From assembly GCF_006345805.1 (NCBI RefSeq), contig NC_043015.1, forward strand, positions 51,150,001-51,214,000: a DNA stretch of 64,000 bases. The letters run 5' to 3'. Under the pieces are notes generated by a model. That model made no database searches and was not told the DNA's origin. It saw nothing but the letters and a program-made list of their open reading frames with translations. Below are positions 1 to 12,550 of the stretch, piece by piece. Positions within the stretch are counted from its first letter, which is position 1, and each line of letters begins with the position of its first letter. A program made the translations under genes and the position numbers. The DNA comes from Octopus sinensis. Taxonomy: Eukaryota.

Positions 1-227
1 AGCACCAGTGGGGAGGGGTGGTTCAGAGAAATGATGACAGGTTCTAGGCAAGTAGAACGTAGGATATCAAGAGAGGGGTAATGCATGGTGAAATAGCGTG
101 TTGAAGAGGGGGGTTCGAAGAGTAGACACCTATAATGGTGGTGGGAGAAGCGACATCCGGTATAGATGGAACAAAAATATAGAGATATCCGGTATTGGTG
201 GTGGGGGTGGGCAAGGGCGGGTGCACC

Positions 228-690
228 GGGAATATGCGAAGGTTGAACTTTAGAGAAACGGGCGGGAATGGCGATGTTTTTAGGGTGGCATGTAGAAAGA
301 AAAGGAAAGCAAAGCAGATTGGTGGTTATAAGTTCAAAACATTTAAATGGTAGACAAATGTATGTATGTATGAAAAAAGAAGGGAGAAATCTTAGCCTGC
401 TCATGGACATCGCTGTAAGCCAGGGGAAGAAATGATAGTGAATGGTGGAGATCGAATTAAAGGGAACATGCGAAGGTTGAACTTTTTGAGAAACGGGCGG
501 GAATGGCGATGTTTTTAGGGTGGCATGTAGAAAGAAAAGGAAAGCAAAGCAGATTGGTGGTTATAAGTTCAAAACATTTAAACGGTAGACAAATGTATGT
601 ATGTATGAAAAAAGAAGGGAGAAATCTTAGCCTGCTCATGGACATCGCTGTAAGCCAGGGGAAGAAATGATAGTGAATGGTGGAGATCGA
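228..690. repeat. Near-identical tandem duplication (two ~228-bp copies, period 234)
   Basis: Copies 228-455 and 462-690 differ at only a few positions and are followed by (TA)n(GA)n(GATA)n. Confidence 0.95.
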
Positions 691-694
691 GAAC

Positions 695-725
<31 letters not shown>

Positions 726-1095
726 TAGATAGATAGATAGATAGATAGAGAGAGTGATAGGGAAATGGCAGTTTGTGCGTGTGTCTTTGCATTTGTGTCT
801 CAGTGCTTAAGTGGTGTTGGTTTGATTACATCCTTAGATTACTTGGTGGTATGGTAAACAAAAAAGCTCCTACAGAATAAGTACTTTTGGCCAGGTAATA
901 ATATATTACAAATTAAATATAACTTTGGGCATTTGATAGATAAATGCAAATGTTCACACTTATGTTCCCAACTTTAGCCATGACTGTATCGTTATGATTG
1001 GATGCACCCAACACATGAGAATCACACCATTGGATTGGTTTACTGATGTACCTCCTCCTTACCCACTCCCCCTCTGGAATGTGCTTTCAATGTGT

Positions 1096-1330
1096 TTAAC
1101 CCTTTAGCATTTAAACTGACCATATTCAGCCCCAAATTTTCTATGTGTTTTATGTTTAAGCTGGCCATATTTGGCCACTCACACCTTCCTAAGAATGTCA
1201 TTGTAAAGATAAGCAATCACATCATTGAAATCTGAAATCTGAAAGCTACAAGATAATGCATGATTAATTCAAAACAATGCAATAAATAAACCTTACATTT
1301 GATGGAGTAATCTGATTGCGAAAGGGTTAA
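1096..1330. mobile_element. piggyBac-like MITE
   Basis: TTAA|CCCTTTAGCA ... TGCGAAAGGG|TTAA. Related copies lie at 14765-14996, 46065-46573 and 55563-55757. Confidence 0.8.
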
Positions 1331-1516
1331 ATTCGGTTGCTGCTTGTCTTTTACTTATATTTCTGTATCGATTGTCTGACAGTGTGTTTGTTTCATGCTG
1401 ACCACTTTAAGTTTCATCTACTGGCTACATCTATTGTGTAACATCATGCATTCCCTAATACTGACACATATGTAACAGTTTGAAGAAAAGAGCACTGAGT
1501 TATGCCCATATTCTTT

Positions 1517-1858
1517 CATCATCATCATCATCATCATTTGATGTCCGTTTTCCGTGGTTTGGACTGTTTGACTGGGCTGGCACGCCGGAAGGTTGCGCCA
1601 GGCTCCCAGTCTAATTTGGCATGGTTTTGTATGGCTGGATGCTCTTCCTAATGCCAACCACTCTGAGAGTGTAACGGGTGCTGTTAGGTGCCAGCGATAT
1701 CTGTTACGATTGTGATTTTGCTCAGCTTGATGGGTCTTCTTCTCAAGCATGACATAATGCCAAAGGTCTTGGTCATTGCCCAACACTTGAAAGGAACTCA
1801 GTCACCTTGCCTCTGTGAGGCTCAAAACTCGTAGGGAACTCAGCTATTTTGCTTCCAT
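1517..1858 (-). mobile_element. RTE 3'-UTR-derived repeat with (GAT)n tail
   Basis: (CAT)n followed by ...ggctggatgctcttcctaatgccaaccactc..., the same module that recurs throughout the window. Confidence 0.8.
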
Positions 1859-3004
1859 ACATATATATATATGCATGTGTGTATGAGTGAGTGTTTGTCT
1901 GTCTGAGTGTATTGTGAATGTTTTTCTGGTAGTATAGAGATCTGTCATAAAAGTTAGCTATGTAGGTTAACTTGTATATGTATAAAGATTTTGTATAGCA
2001 TTATGTAAGAAACCAATAATATCTTCCAATCAGTTTTGCATGCTAACACTAAAAATACTCTGAGAAATGATTGACCTGCCTGTCTGAGGCTTTGCAGATC
2101 CTTGTTTTGCTTTGATCCCAAAGGCGTTTAATAAACAAGTTATCTATTTCAGAAATTCTTTATCTTTTTGGGTTATTGATTGTAAGAAAATTCGGTGCCC
2201 TCCTCCGCCACCGCCAAAGTTGATTGAAACTCCAAGGAAAGATGCTAGTCGAACAAGAGAGAGAGAGAGAGTTTCTTTGAAGTTGTACATAGCCAGAGTT
2301 GATTGTCTGCTATTTCATTATCACAAGAAATGCAGAGTTAATTATTGAAAGACTGTATATGCAGAGGATACTGATAGACAGAAAGATCAGAAGATGGATA
2401 GATTGATAGCTAGATACATAGATAGATAGATAGATAGATAGATAGAGAGTGAAAGAGAGAGACAGAGAGACAGAGGGAGATAGGGTTATGATTAAATAAT
2501 TCAATTTGATAATATTGTAAACTCTATCAAAAGAAGATGTCGGGGGGGGGGAAAGAAGTACTTTTAGTGGCCGATGTTGTTCCATTAGTTTTATCTCACA
2601 GACATTTTTGTTCCTGGCCTGATGAAGAATTTTTCCACAGCCAGATAAAAGAATGTTCGCCTAAACTAATTTCAGAAGCGATAGACTGACACCGTCTGCT
2701 AGAGTGTCTTACAGTGGTGCCGGTTGATCTGAGCAGTGGTTATACACATGCACTACTGATGAGATTTCTTCCGATTCCTGATATTGACATTGCTGCTACT
2801 GGTAGCAGCAGCGCTTCCATCTCCTGGTCAACCCACTCCACCCAACCCTTCGCCGTGCACTAGTTCTAGTTTCTAGTTTCACTTTATCAAGTTGAAATCT
2901 ACATCTCTTTGATTGTCTAATAACATTGCCACTCTCTTGCATGTTTGTTTTACACACACACACACACACACACACATGGACATATGTGTGTTTATAGTAT
3001 ATAC

Positions 3005-3039
<35 letters not shown>

Positions 3040-3199
3040 TAAATACATATATATATATATTTATACATGTATATATATATACACACACACACATATATAT
3101 AGTTAATCCAAACATGAACAAAGAGAAAACACAACAATGCAGGGATGTGGAATAAGTATAGTGTTATTGGACGCTCAGGAAAAGAAAGAAAGAAGGAGG

Positions 3200-3234
3200 A
3201 TTTAACATTTTGAGCGGAGCTCTTCGTCAGAAAC
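3200..3234 (-). ncRNA. Degenerate minimal hammerhead motif
   Basis: Minus strand gttt-CTGACGA-a-GAGC-tcc-GCTC-AAAATGTT-aaat, consistent with CpG decay of CGAAACGTT. Confidence 0.6.
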
Positions 3235-3405
3235 AGAAAAAAGGAGAAGTCCTAGAAAGGGAAGACGGAAAGAGAAAATCGCCAACGATACACATGCGGT
3301 CACATATATATACCTTTATATATATATATATATATATATACTCACAAACACATATATATGTATATGTATGTATATATATATATACTTTATTTAAAGCAGC
3401 AGAAA

Positions 3406-3490
3406 ATTCAACAAAACCTGTTACTCTGAGTTTTACGTTCCCGTTCGACGAATGGGAATGTGAAACTCAGAGTACCAGGTTTTGTTGAAT
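3406..3490. repeat. 85-bp inverted repeat (42-bp arms)
   Basis: 4 mismatches and a 1-nt spacer at 3448. Confidence 0.9.
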
Positions 3491-3563
3491 GAAGCATATT
3501 ACTCTACCACTGGTATTTGAGTACTCTTTTTTCCACCTTGTTTCACATTTATGTGTTTACTCC

Positions 3564-3603
<40 letters not shown>

Positions 3604-4140
3604 CACATGCATATTTATTTATATATTGTGTGTATGTAAAGAGAAAAATTTGTATGTATTCTTAGAGGTGAATCATTGATGTAACCATAATGTTCGGATG
3701 ATCTGATGAGCTGGATTTCTTTATTTGTATTGTTGTGTGACTATACAATTGGTTTGTATAATGTGTAGCATGCATATTAATGCAGACCATGTAAACAGAA
3801 TTTATTATACACTAAAATTATTATTCCACGAAAAAGGCTGTGAAAAAGGCTGTGAAACGGCTGTAACGGCTGTATGACAAGTGGCTAAACAAATATACTC
3901 ACCTGTCAAATCTCCTGATTTTTATGGTTTATATATAGAGAGGTTGGTTGATAGGAGCACATACACACACACCCAAACCCACACACACATACACACACAC
4001 ACACGCACATACACATATATATACCATCATCATTGTCATCCTCATCACTGTCTTTATGTCTGCTTTTCCATACTTGCATGGGTTAGAGGTATAAGGATAG
4101 AATAATGCATGGATTGGACAGAGTATATGTGTGTGTGTTT

Positions 4141-4358
4141 GAGGGGGTGCTGAAAAGTTCCTGGCTTTGGGTAAAAGAAAATACAGGAGAATCAGTTAAT
4201 TATGATTTTACTGAACATATTCCCCTTATAGATTCACATACTTACTGCAGTGGTCCTTCATTTTTTCTAAGCCCTGTAAAAGAACTCGGAAGGTTAAGCC
4301 TCCAACCAGGCCTTTCACAAAACCCTTAAAGCCAGCAAATTTTCAACACCCTCTTGTA
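4141..4358. mobile_element. Tc1/mariner-like MITE
   Basis: TIR gagggggtgctgaaaagttcctggcttt / aaagccagcaaattttcaacaccctcttg|TA. Further copies lie at about 56230-56445 and 57396-57600. Confidence 0.75.
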
Positions 4359-4950
4359 TATATAAACACACATGCACGTACACATAATATACATGTCTCT
4401 GTTTTTAGTTACATCACATTTTAACCTCTTAACATGGTTGTTAAATATGGAAGCTAAAATTACATTTTGACACATTTCCTGTAATTGTTACATTTATTTT
4501 ATTGCTGTTTCAAATCCGTTTACTTTGTGCTCACACAACACACAAGTTTTGTTTCATTTCTCGTCGTCTCTTTCTCAATATCTTGCAGACGGTTACGAAA
4601 TTGAGAAAAGAGGTAGAGAGGAGGCAGAGGAAAGACTGCTGCTCATTTATATTACATCTTGTAATGTCTATGTCAAACCCAGCACATCTGTTCCACATTG
4701 GTCACCTTATATTCCTTAATAATGAACAAATGTGTCTTACTTATAACATCTTATTTTGTTGTTTGAAAGTATTAATCATTTGGCATGCCATTTGATTCAA
4801 TTCTGTGCCCCTCGTCATAGAAACCATTCCAAACTTTATCCTGTATCAATTAATTCCTTTTGACATCTTTCTGAAAGTTTTCTATGTCAAAACCTCAGTT
4901 CTGCAATGACTGAATAGATGGCGCCTAAAAATATGCTTGTTTACTTAAAT

Positions 4951-5165
4951 ACTCTTTACTCTTTTACTTGTTTCAGTCATTTGACTGCGGCCATGCTGGA
5001 GCACCGCCTTTAATCGAGCAACTCGACCCCGGGACTTATTCTTTTGTAAGCCCAGTACTTATTCTATCAGTCTCTTTTGCCGAACCGCTAAGTAACGGGG
5101 ACATAAACACACCAGCATCGGTTGTCAAGCAATGCTAAGGAGACACAGACACACAAACACACACA

Positions 5166-5211
<46 letters not shown>

Positions 5212-5378
5212 TACGACGGGCTTCTTTTCAGTTTCCTTCTACCAAATCCACTCACAAGGCTTTAGTCGGCCTGAGGCTATAGTAGAAGACACTTGCCCAA
5301 GGTGCCACGCAGTGGGACTGAACCCGGAACCATGTGGTTGGTAAACAAGCTACTTACCACACAGCCACTCCTGCGCCT
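4951..5378 (-). mobile_element. tRNA-derived SINE family A, full length, with central microsatellite
   Basis: Head aggcgcaggagtggctgtgtggtaag...ggttccgggttcagtccc (A/B-box-like) and tail gactgaaacaagtaaaagagtaaagag. Confidence 0.9.
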
Positions 5379-5669
5379 ATAATGCTTATAATGTATTTAC
5401 TTGTGGTCAGATTATTATAAAAATTGACAATATCATTTATCTTTTATCTTTTACCTGATTCAGTCATTAGACTGCGGCCATACTGGGGCACTGCCATGAA
5501 TTTTTAGCCGAATGAATCAACTCCAGTACTTATTTTCTGTTAAGCATGATACTTATTCTAGTGGTCTCTTTCGCTAAATTACAGAGACATAAACACACCA
5601 ACACCGGTTGTCAAGTGGTGATGGGAGACAAACACAGACACACACATAGATATATAGAGTTGGCACACT

Positions 5670-5935
5670 CTATATAGACACACCATGCTGGTGCTGTGTA
5701 GATGCACCATGCCAGTGCTGTGTATACACACTGTGCCAGTACTGTGTAGATGCACTGTGCCAGTGCAGCATAGACACACTGTGCCTCTGCTGTATGAATG
5801 CACTGTGCCAGTTCTGCATTGATGCACTGTGCCAGTGCTGCATAGACACATGGTGCCAATGCTGCATAGATTCACCATGACTGTGCTGCAAGGATGCACC
5901 GTGCCAGTGCCAGGTAGCTGCACCATACCAGTGAC
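5670..5935 (+). repeat. 24-bp minisatellite (about 11 units) attached to an RTE 3'-UTR repeat (to about 6140)
   Basis: Unit approximately tagatgcactgtgccagtgctgca, which explains the 8-aa periodic ORFs. Confidence 0.85.
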
Positions 5936-6562
5936 GCGTAGCTTGAATTCAGCACACTGTATAAAGTGTTTGGTGTTAGGAAGGGCATTCAGCTGTAGAA
6001 ACCATGCCACAACAGACACTTGGAGTCTGGATAGGTCCCTGGTTGGTCGGCTCCTATCAACCCATGCCAGCATGGAAAGCAGACATTAAACGATGATGAT
6101 GGTGATGATGATGATGATGTGATGATGATGATGATGATAAACAAAAGCATGAAGAATTAACTGGTACTCCTTTGGTTATGGCAAGGGTTCCAGTCGATCT
6201 GATCTACAGAAAAATTTGCTCCTGAAATCAACGTGCAAGCGACTTGGCTGAGTACTCCACAGTACCTACCTTGTAGCGGTCAGGAAGATTAAGCGAAACA
6301 TAAAATGTGACAAGCCTGACCCCATTGAATTATGGTTACAACTCACTTTTGAGTGAAATGAAGTGTCTTGCTCAAGGACACAATGTACCTCTGGGAATCT
6401 AACTCTCAACCTTATGATTGTGATGTAGAATATCAGGTTGAAAATCTCCCACAAATGGAAAAAGTTGAAGGCTGCCCATGAAATTCCAACTATTTTTCAT
6501 CCAAAGGGTTTTTGTCAAATCTCTCAATGTCTCTAAATTCTTATAATATAAAAATAAAATGT

Positions 6563-6792
6563 TTAACCCTTTCGTTACTGTATTTATTTCGAGATGTTCT
6601 GTGTTTCTTTCAATCAATTTTAAATATAACAAAGAATTTAGTAAAACAACTCGGTTATCATTCAGCTAGTGTTAAGAACACAAATTGTGACTAAGGTTTG
6701 GTGGAAGATTTTAATTCAAAAGTTTTGAAAACAAGACATTTATACTACAGAGCCAGAGCTGGTTTTAGCGAGGTTGATATCGAAAGGATTAA
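6563..6792. mobile_element. piggyBac-like MITE, second subfamily
   Basis: TTAA|CCCTTTCG ... CGAAAGGA|TTAA. An adjacent copy lies at about 6816-7035, with others at about 13660-13870 and 28438-28960 (interrupted). Confidence 0.7.
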
Positions 6793-9146
6793 GAATTGTT
6801 TCTCTATTATATATTTTAAGCCTTTTGTTAGCATATTTCTGTTGAGATGCTCTGTGTTTCTTCCAGTTACTTTAAATATAAAAAAGAATTTGGTAAAGTA
6901 ACTTAATTATCATTCAGCTAGTGTTAGGAACATAAATTGTGTCTAAAGTTTGGTGGAAGATTTTAATTCAGAACTTATGAAAAGAAAACATTTGTACTAC
7001 AGAGCAAGATGCAGTCTCAGCCAGGTTGGTAACAACTCTACATGGTGTTTTGGTTCCTTTCTCAGAATTTTGGTTTAGACTTGTGGTTTTTAACTATTTT
7101 CTACCTATGGACCCTCTTTGATTCCTATTTTATTCAAGTGGACCCTAATAACCCATTCTATGTTTTAAAAGCTTCTATTATTATTTCCATAATTAAATAT
7201 TATTAGAAACTGTATATAAAATATTGTTAATATATTTTGCATAATGAAGATATGTAACCAAATTAGTGCAGATAAATTTTAAGATCAAAATCTTATATGG
7301 ACCCCCAAGGATCATGTAGACCTCCTTGGAAACATATGGACCATTGTTGAGAGCTACTGATTTCGACTGATAAATACCAAGGTTGACTACTTTGTCATAA
7401 CATTGCTGTTCTGTGTTTTTAGACCTTCTGTGTATCATGCCTGTAAAATATTGTTGCTATCGAGGTGTACCTGACTTCATTTCATCTCACATAAAAAATA
7501 TTGCTATTCTGCTTCAGGGAAACTAAAATTATGTCTTTAGAGAAATTTACAGTTGGTTTACCTTCACAGAGTTTTGCGAGTGAATAAGGCACCTTCTGTT
7601 TGGTCATTCAACTGGTAATGCAGGGATGTCTAACTTGTTTGGTTTTGTGGGTTGGATTCAAGCTGAAACTAGATCTTGTCAGCTGGATAGGTACAATTAT
7701 TTTTAAAAACCTTATTTGTGGTGTAGATACAAAAAAAATGGATAAAGGGGTCAGTATGCATTATGACAACTTTATTAAGAATAAATAAAAGAAAGATATG
7801 CGGTGTTTGCAAAAATTGTATGCAGAGATGTGCACGGAGGAAAAAAAAATTCCTTCCAGATGAGGGTGTATAGGCTTATTGCGTAAATGTCCTTTGAGTG
7901 AGAACTGATAAGAATTTTCCAAATGAATACCTGCTGTTCTTAAGAAGAGCAATGCTTGACAGAAAACTTGCAGTTTCTCTACTGCAAAATCTGTCAACAT
8001 CATTTATGCTACTAGAATCCAGTTGGACAAACACACACAAATTTCGAGAAAAAAGCAAAAAATGTATGAAAATATACAAACAAAAAGAAAAAGCAAAAAA
8101 AAAAGAAACAAATATCCATTTGGCTTGTCCTGTGGAGGGGGACAAAGTGAAGGGGAATAGGTCACATGTCATCGTGTGGATTCATAATCATTTTCATTTG
8201 TTGAGATAACACGGTTCCCGAAGGTGTACTTATTTGATTAATTGGAATCTGTGTTAATTATGGATTTAATCAGGCGTTGATTCTGGGAACATGCTAGTAA
8301 TATTTAGTTTTATATATTTTATAGAATGCTTAAAAATGAGAAAAAACAAAAAAATAGTGAAAATCTATTTTATAAACATTGCTGCAGGTAGGATCTGGCT
8401 TTTGGGCAATATGTTTGACACCCCAGTGCTAAGAAATCCCTTATACTGTACCTCTTTTTGAATAAAACAGGCTAGGGTACATTAGATAATGTAATCCTAG
8501 ATACACCATGCTTGACAAATAAAAAAAAAGCAAGCAAACAAACAAAAAGATGGGATGGTCATAGCTGGACTAACTTTCATCTTAGGTCAGCTGGATCAGG
8601 GCTGATCTCAAGGTTAAAAACCAACAACAATAACCTAAATTTTTGGTGCTGTTGGATATTTCTTGATGTATTAAGTATTATTGATATTTCCTAACCATAA
8701 GCTATTCCTCAATCACATTTGGTAAATTGTCTTTGTATTTGAAAGAATTTCACTGGCTTTGTGTGCCTTTGCATGGAATGTTAATATTTATGATGAAGCC
8801 ATATCAGTTTCTTGTGCGTTCTTCTCTATATAGACTGCCTGATTGGATTTCTCCACAAATTCCCTTTCATCTCTCTTACCTTAATGCAATCCACATCATA
8901 TGACAGAATATTAAACCATAAGGCAAGAAGGACATACAGAGTGAAAAATTGGATTTCAAAAGCTTGATATGCAACATATGTGAAGCCTAAAGAAACAGAT
9001 ACTGCAAAAGACTTTTACAGGACTGTTGTTTCTTAACCCCGAGTAAGCTCTCAATGAACAGACCTATTATGAAAAGTATTCCAGCCATGCCTGTGCCATT
9101 TAGCGTTCCAAATATTATGTATTTAGGTCTGTAATGTGTAATTTGT

Positions 9147-9430
9147 GGAGACATATGGCCTAGTGACTAGAGCAGTGGACTTGCAGTTGAGAGAGTGTGG
9201 GTTCAATTCTCAGTCCGGGCTATGTGTGTGTTTATGAGGGAAACACCTAAGCTCCACGTGGCTTCAGCAGAAGGTAATGGTGAACCTTTGCTGACTCTTT
9301 TGCCACAACTTTCTCTCATTCTCTCCTCCTGTATCTAGCAGCTCACCTGTGACAGACTGGCGTCCCATCCAGGTGGGGAACCTATACAGTATTGAAACCA
9401 GTCTTGGCTCGAGAAAGAACAAACAACAAC
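9147..9430 (+). mobile_element. tRNA-derived SINE family C
   Basis: tggcctagtg...gggttcaattctcag...aaacacctaagctccacg; a second copy lies at 34491-34684. Confidence 0.75.
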
Positions 9431-10169
9431 ATGTAATTGGCTCTTCTTTAATTAGTAATTTATAGTGTTCTCCATTGGTTATGATAACGTGGACTCCAGT
9501 TGAACCGATCAATGGAACAGCCTGCTTTGTGAAATTGGCTGAGCACTCCACAGACATGCATACCCTTAAGGTAGTCCTCGGGGAGATTCAGTCTTTATGT
9601 AAATATAAAGCAAACCCTTACATACAAAACCTGCATCCAAAGGCCTCCTGATTGTGGCCATCCCATCATTCTGTTATTTTGATCAGTCTCAGAATAAAAA
9701 AAAAAGTAGTATTTATTCTATCAAACCCTTTTTGCCAAGTCGCTAAGTAATGGGAGTGCAAATAAACCAACATTGGTTGTCAAGTAATGGTGGGTGACAA
9801 ACACAAACACACACACGAAGCCATGTGGCTTTGGGGTTGGAATATTCAGCCTATGCTCATAAGGTTGTGAGTTCGATTCCCAGCTGTGCCAGACCTTGTC
9901 CTTGAGCAAGAAACTCTATTTCACATTGCACCCATCCAATCAGCTGACAAAAACGAGTGGCACCTGTAATTCAAAGCAGCCAGTCTTGTCACACTCTGTG
10001 TCATGCTGAATCCCCGTGAGCTACTAGGGCTTATAAAGCTGGAGATTAATCTGGTTTCCGTGGCGATTATGTGAATGAGCTTACAACACTCCCTTCCCGA
10101 CTGGGATCTCAGTCCCTCACAGGATTAACTCCCTGGCTATTGTTGGAACTCATTTACAGTCAAGTGGAC

Positions 10170-11130
10170 TGACGTGATGTGAAATCAAGTGTTTTGCTCA
10201 AGAACGGAATGTAGCACCGAGTCTAGGAATTGAAACCACAATCTTACAATCATAAGAGCAGCACTGTAAACACTTAGGCCCTGTGTCTTCACATTTATAT
10301 AAAAACCGGATTAAATTCTGTCTGTTTGGAGGGTTAATGCATTTCTAAATAGCAGCCTGAGTTGAAATGTTTTGTACAAGAACACAACACACTGTTTAGT
10401 CTGAGAATTGAAACTGCAATCTTACAATCATAAGAGCAGCACATGCTTTCACATTTATTTAAAAACCAGATTGAATTCTGTCTGTTGGGAGAGTTAAAGG
10501 ATTTCCAAATATCCAAACAGCAACGTGAAATGACATGTTTAAATGTTTTGCTGAAGAACACACTGTAACTGTATACCTGGGAATTGAAACCTGATTCTCA
10601 TGATCATGAGTGCAACACCCTAATTAGGTCTTGTGCCTTCACATTTATATAAAAGCCAGATTAAATTCTGTCTGTTTGGAGAGTTAAAGGATTTCCAAAT
10701 AGCAGCATGTGATGAAATGTTTTGCTGGAGAACACTATGCCATACCCAGCCTGGGAATTGAAACCACAATCTTGCAATCATTAGAGAAGCACTGTAACCA
10801 CTTAGGCCATGTGCCTGCACATTTATTTAAAAACCAGATTAAATTCTGTCAGTTTGGAGAGTTAAAGGATTCCCAAATAGCAGCATGTGATGATATGTTT
10901 TGCTGGAGAACACTATGCCATACCCAGCCTGGGAATTGAAACCACAGTCTTGCAATCATTAGAGAAGCACTGTAACCACTTAGGCCATGTACCTGCACAT
11001 TTATTTAAAAACCAGATTAAGTTCTGTCAGTTTGGAGAGTTAAAAGATTCCCAAATTGCAATGTGAGTTATTGCCCGGGTCTGGTAATTGAACCCACAAT
11101 CCTATGATCTGTTTGCGGAGTTAATGGCTT
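10170..11130 (-). repeat. Tandem array (about 5.5 units, 160-190 bp) built from a SINE tRNA-like head plus a unique spacer
   Basis: The marker acatttat.taaaa.cc.gatt.a.ttctgtc occurs at 10291, 10451, 10641, 10819 and 10997. Confidence 0.9.
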
Positions 11131-12129
11131 TCCAAACAAATGTTTAAATTTGAATATGAAAATACCATTTCCATTTGGTTAATCACAGTAAGTTTGTTAT
11201 ATTTGTATTCTGTAGAAAATTACCAAGAAAGTTCTGTTCCCGATTCTATTTTCACTTCATCAGTCACACCTAGATGAGCTAATTAAAAATAATTACCTTG
11301 AAGGGAGGTGGAAAGAAAAGTGTGAATGTCACAACTTCTTATTTACTTTACCCTCCACCCTCTGCACGCACTTCTATTAATATGAGACATTCTGAGATAT
11401 TTTCCTTATTTATACGGAAGAAATAATTATCATGGGAAAAAAAAATAAAAAGAACACAAAAACCGTCATCAATATCTTTTGGACTGCATTCTATTTATTA
11501 TTTTTTACACAAGTTTTATGCCAACCCTTTCCTTTTATCTCCTCTCGAATCCTATTGTAACTATTTTTAAAATATTTTCCATCAGTTTTCATAAAGGAGA
11601 GAAAGTAAAAAAAAAACTAGAATGTTGTTTCCCCTACCATGGCTTATTTTAGAGGGGGAGGGCAATGAAGTGGTGACTCACATTCCACTCCTCTTTCTTT
11701 CCTCCTATCACCTCATTCTCTCCCCCTATTGCACTCTCTCGCCCTTTTGCCCCCCCCTCTTCTCCCCCTTTTTCATTTTAGTTTTCTAATACAATGTTAT
11801 TGTCTAATATTTAGGGATCCTTGTTGTAGAGATTTCTGTTCCTTTTGTTTATATTTTGTTTTTATTTTGTGTCCCCTTTTTCTTCCCCTCACCTTTTGAC
11901 CCTTTCTTTATTATTAGGGGGAATCCTAATTTTTTTTTCTTAACTCTACAATAATCATCTCTAATAATTGTAATATTAACAATCTGTTCTAATTCTAGCA
12001 CAATGCCTGCAATTGTGAGGGAGTGGTGGTGGGGGTGATTATATCAACCCCCAATACATGACAGGTACTTTATTATACTGACATCAAATGGAGGAGAAGC
12101 CAAGTCAGGTGCAGCAGGATTTCTGTGGC

Positions 12130-12270
12130 GGGGTGGAAAGAGGTTTGCTTCCCAACAACATGGTTCCGGGTTCAGTCCCACTGCATGGCAGTCTTCTACT
12201 ATAACCTCAGGTCAACCAAAGACTTGGAAATGGATTTGGGAGATGGAAACTGAAAGAAGCCTGTCATATA

Positions 12271-12309
<39 letters not shown>

Positions 12310-12550
12310 ATGTGTGTGTGTGCATGTATGTGTGTGTGTTTGTCCCCCACCCTGACTCCCTGCTTGACGGCCAGTGTTGATGTATTTTATTCCTGTAACT
12401 TAGCGGTTCAGCAAAAGAGACTGATAAAATAAGTACCAGGTTTTAAAAGAAAGTACTGGGCTCAATGAGTTCAATAAAAAGTAATTCTTCAAGGTGGTGT
12501 CCCAGCATGGCCACAGTCTAATGACTGAAACATGCAGAAGCTAAAAGAGA
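12130..12550 (+). mobile_element. SINE family A
   Basis: Degenerate copy of the same head, central (TG)n and tail. Confidence 0.8.

Noticed and set aside
2791-2810. 20-bp near-palindrome tgctgctac-tg-gtagcagca
   Set aside because: Short and built from CAG/TGC triplets; expected by chance.
5579-6073. 164-aa ORF with 8-aa repeats
   Set aside because: It is the translation of the 24-bp minisatellite between a SINE and an RTE tail.
8214-8290. Possible multi-part hairpin (gttcccgaa ... ttctgggaac)
   Set aside because: Large internal loops and many G-U pairs; not supportable without folding or conservation data.
10170-11130. CRISPR-like periodic array
   Set aside because: Whole units are repeated with no unique spacers, there are no cas genes, and the context is eukaryotic.
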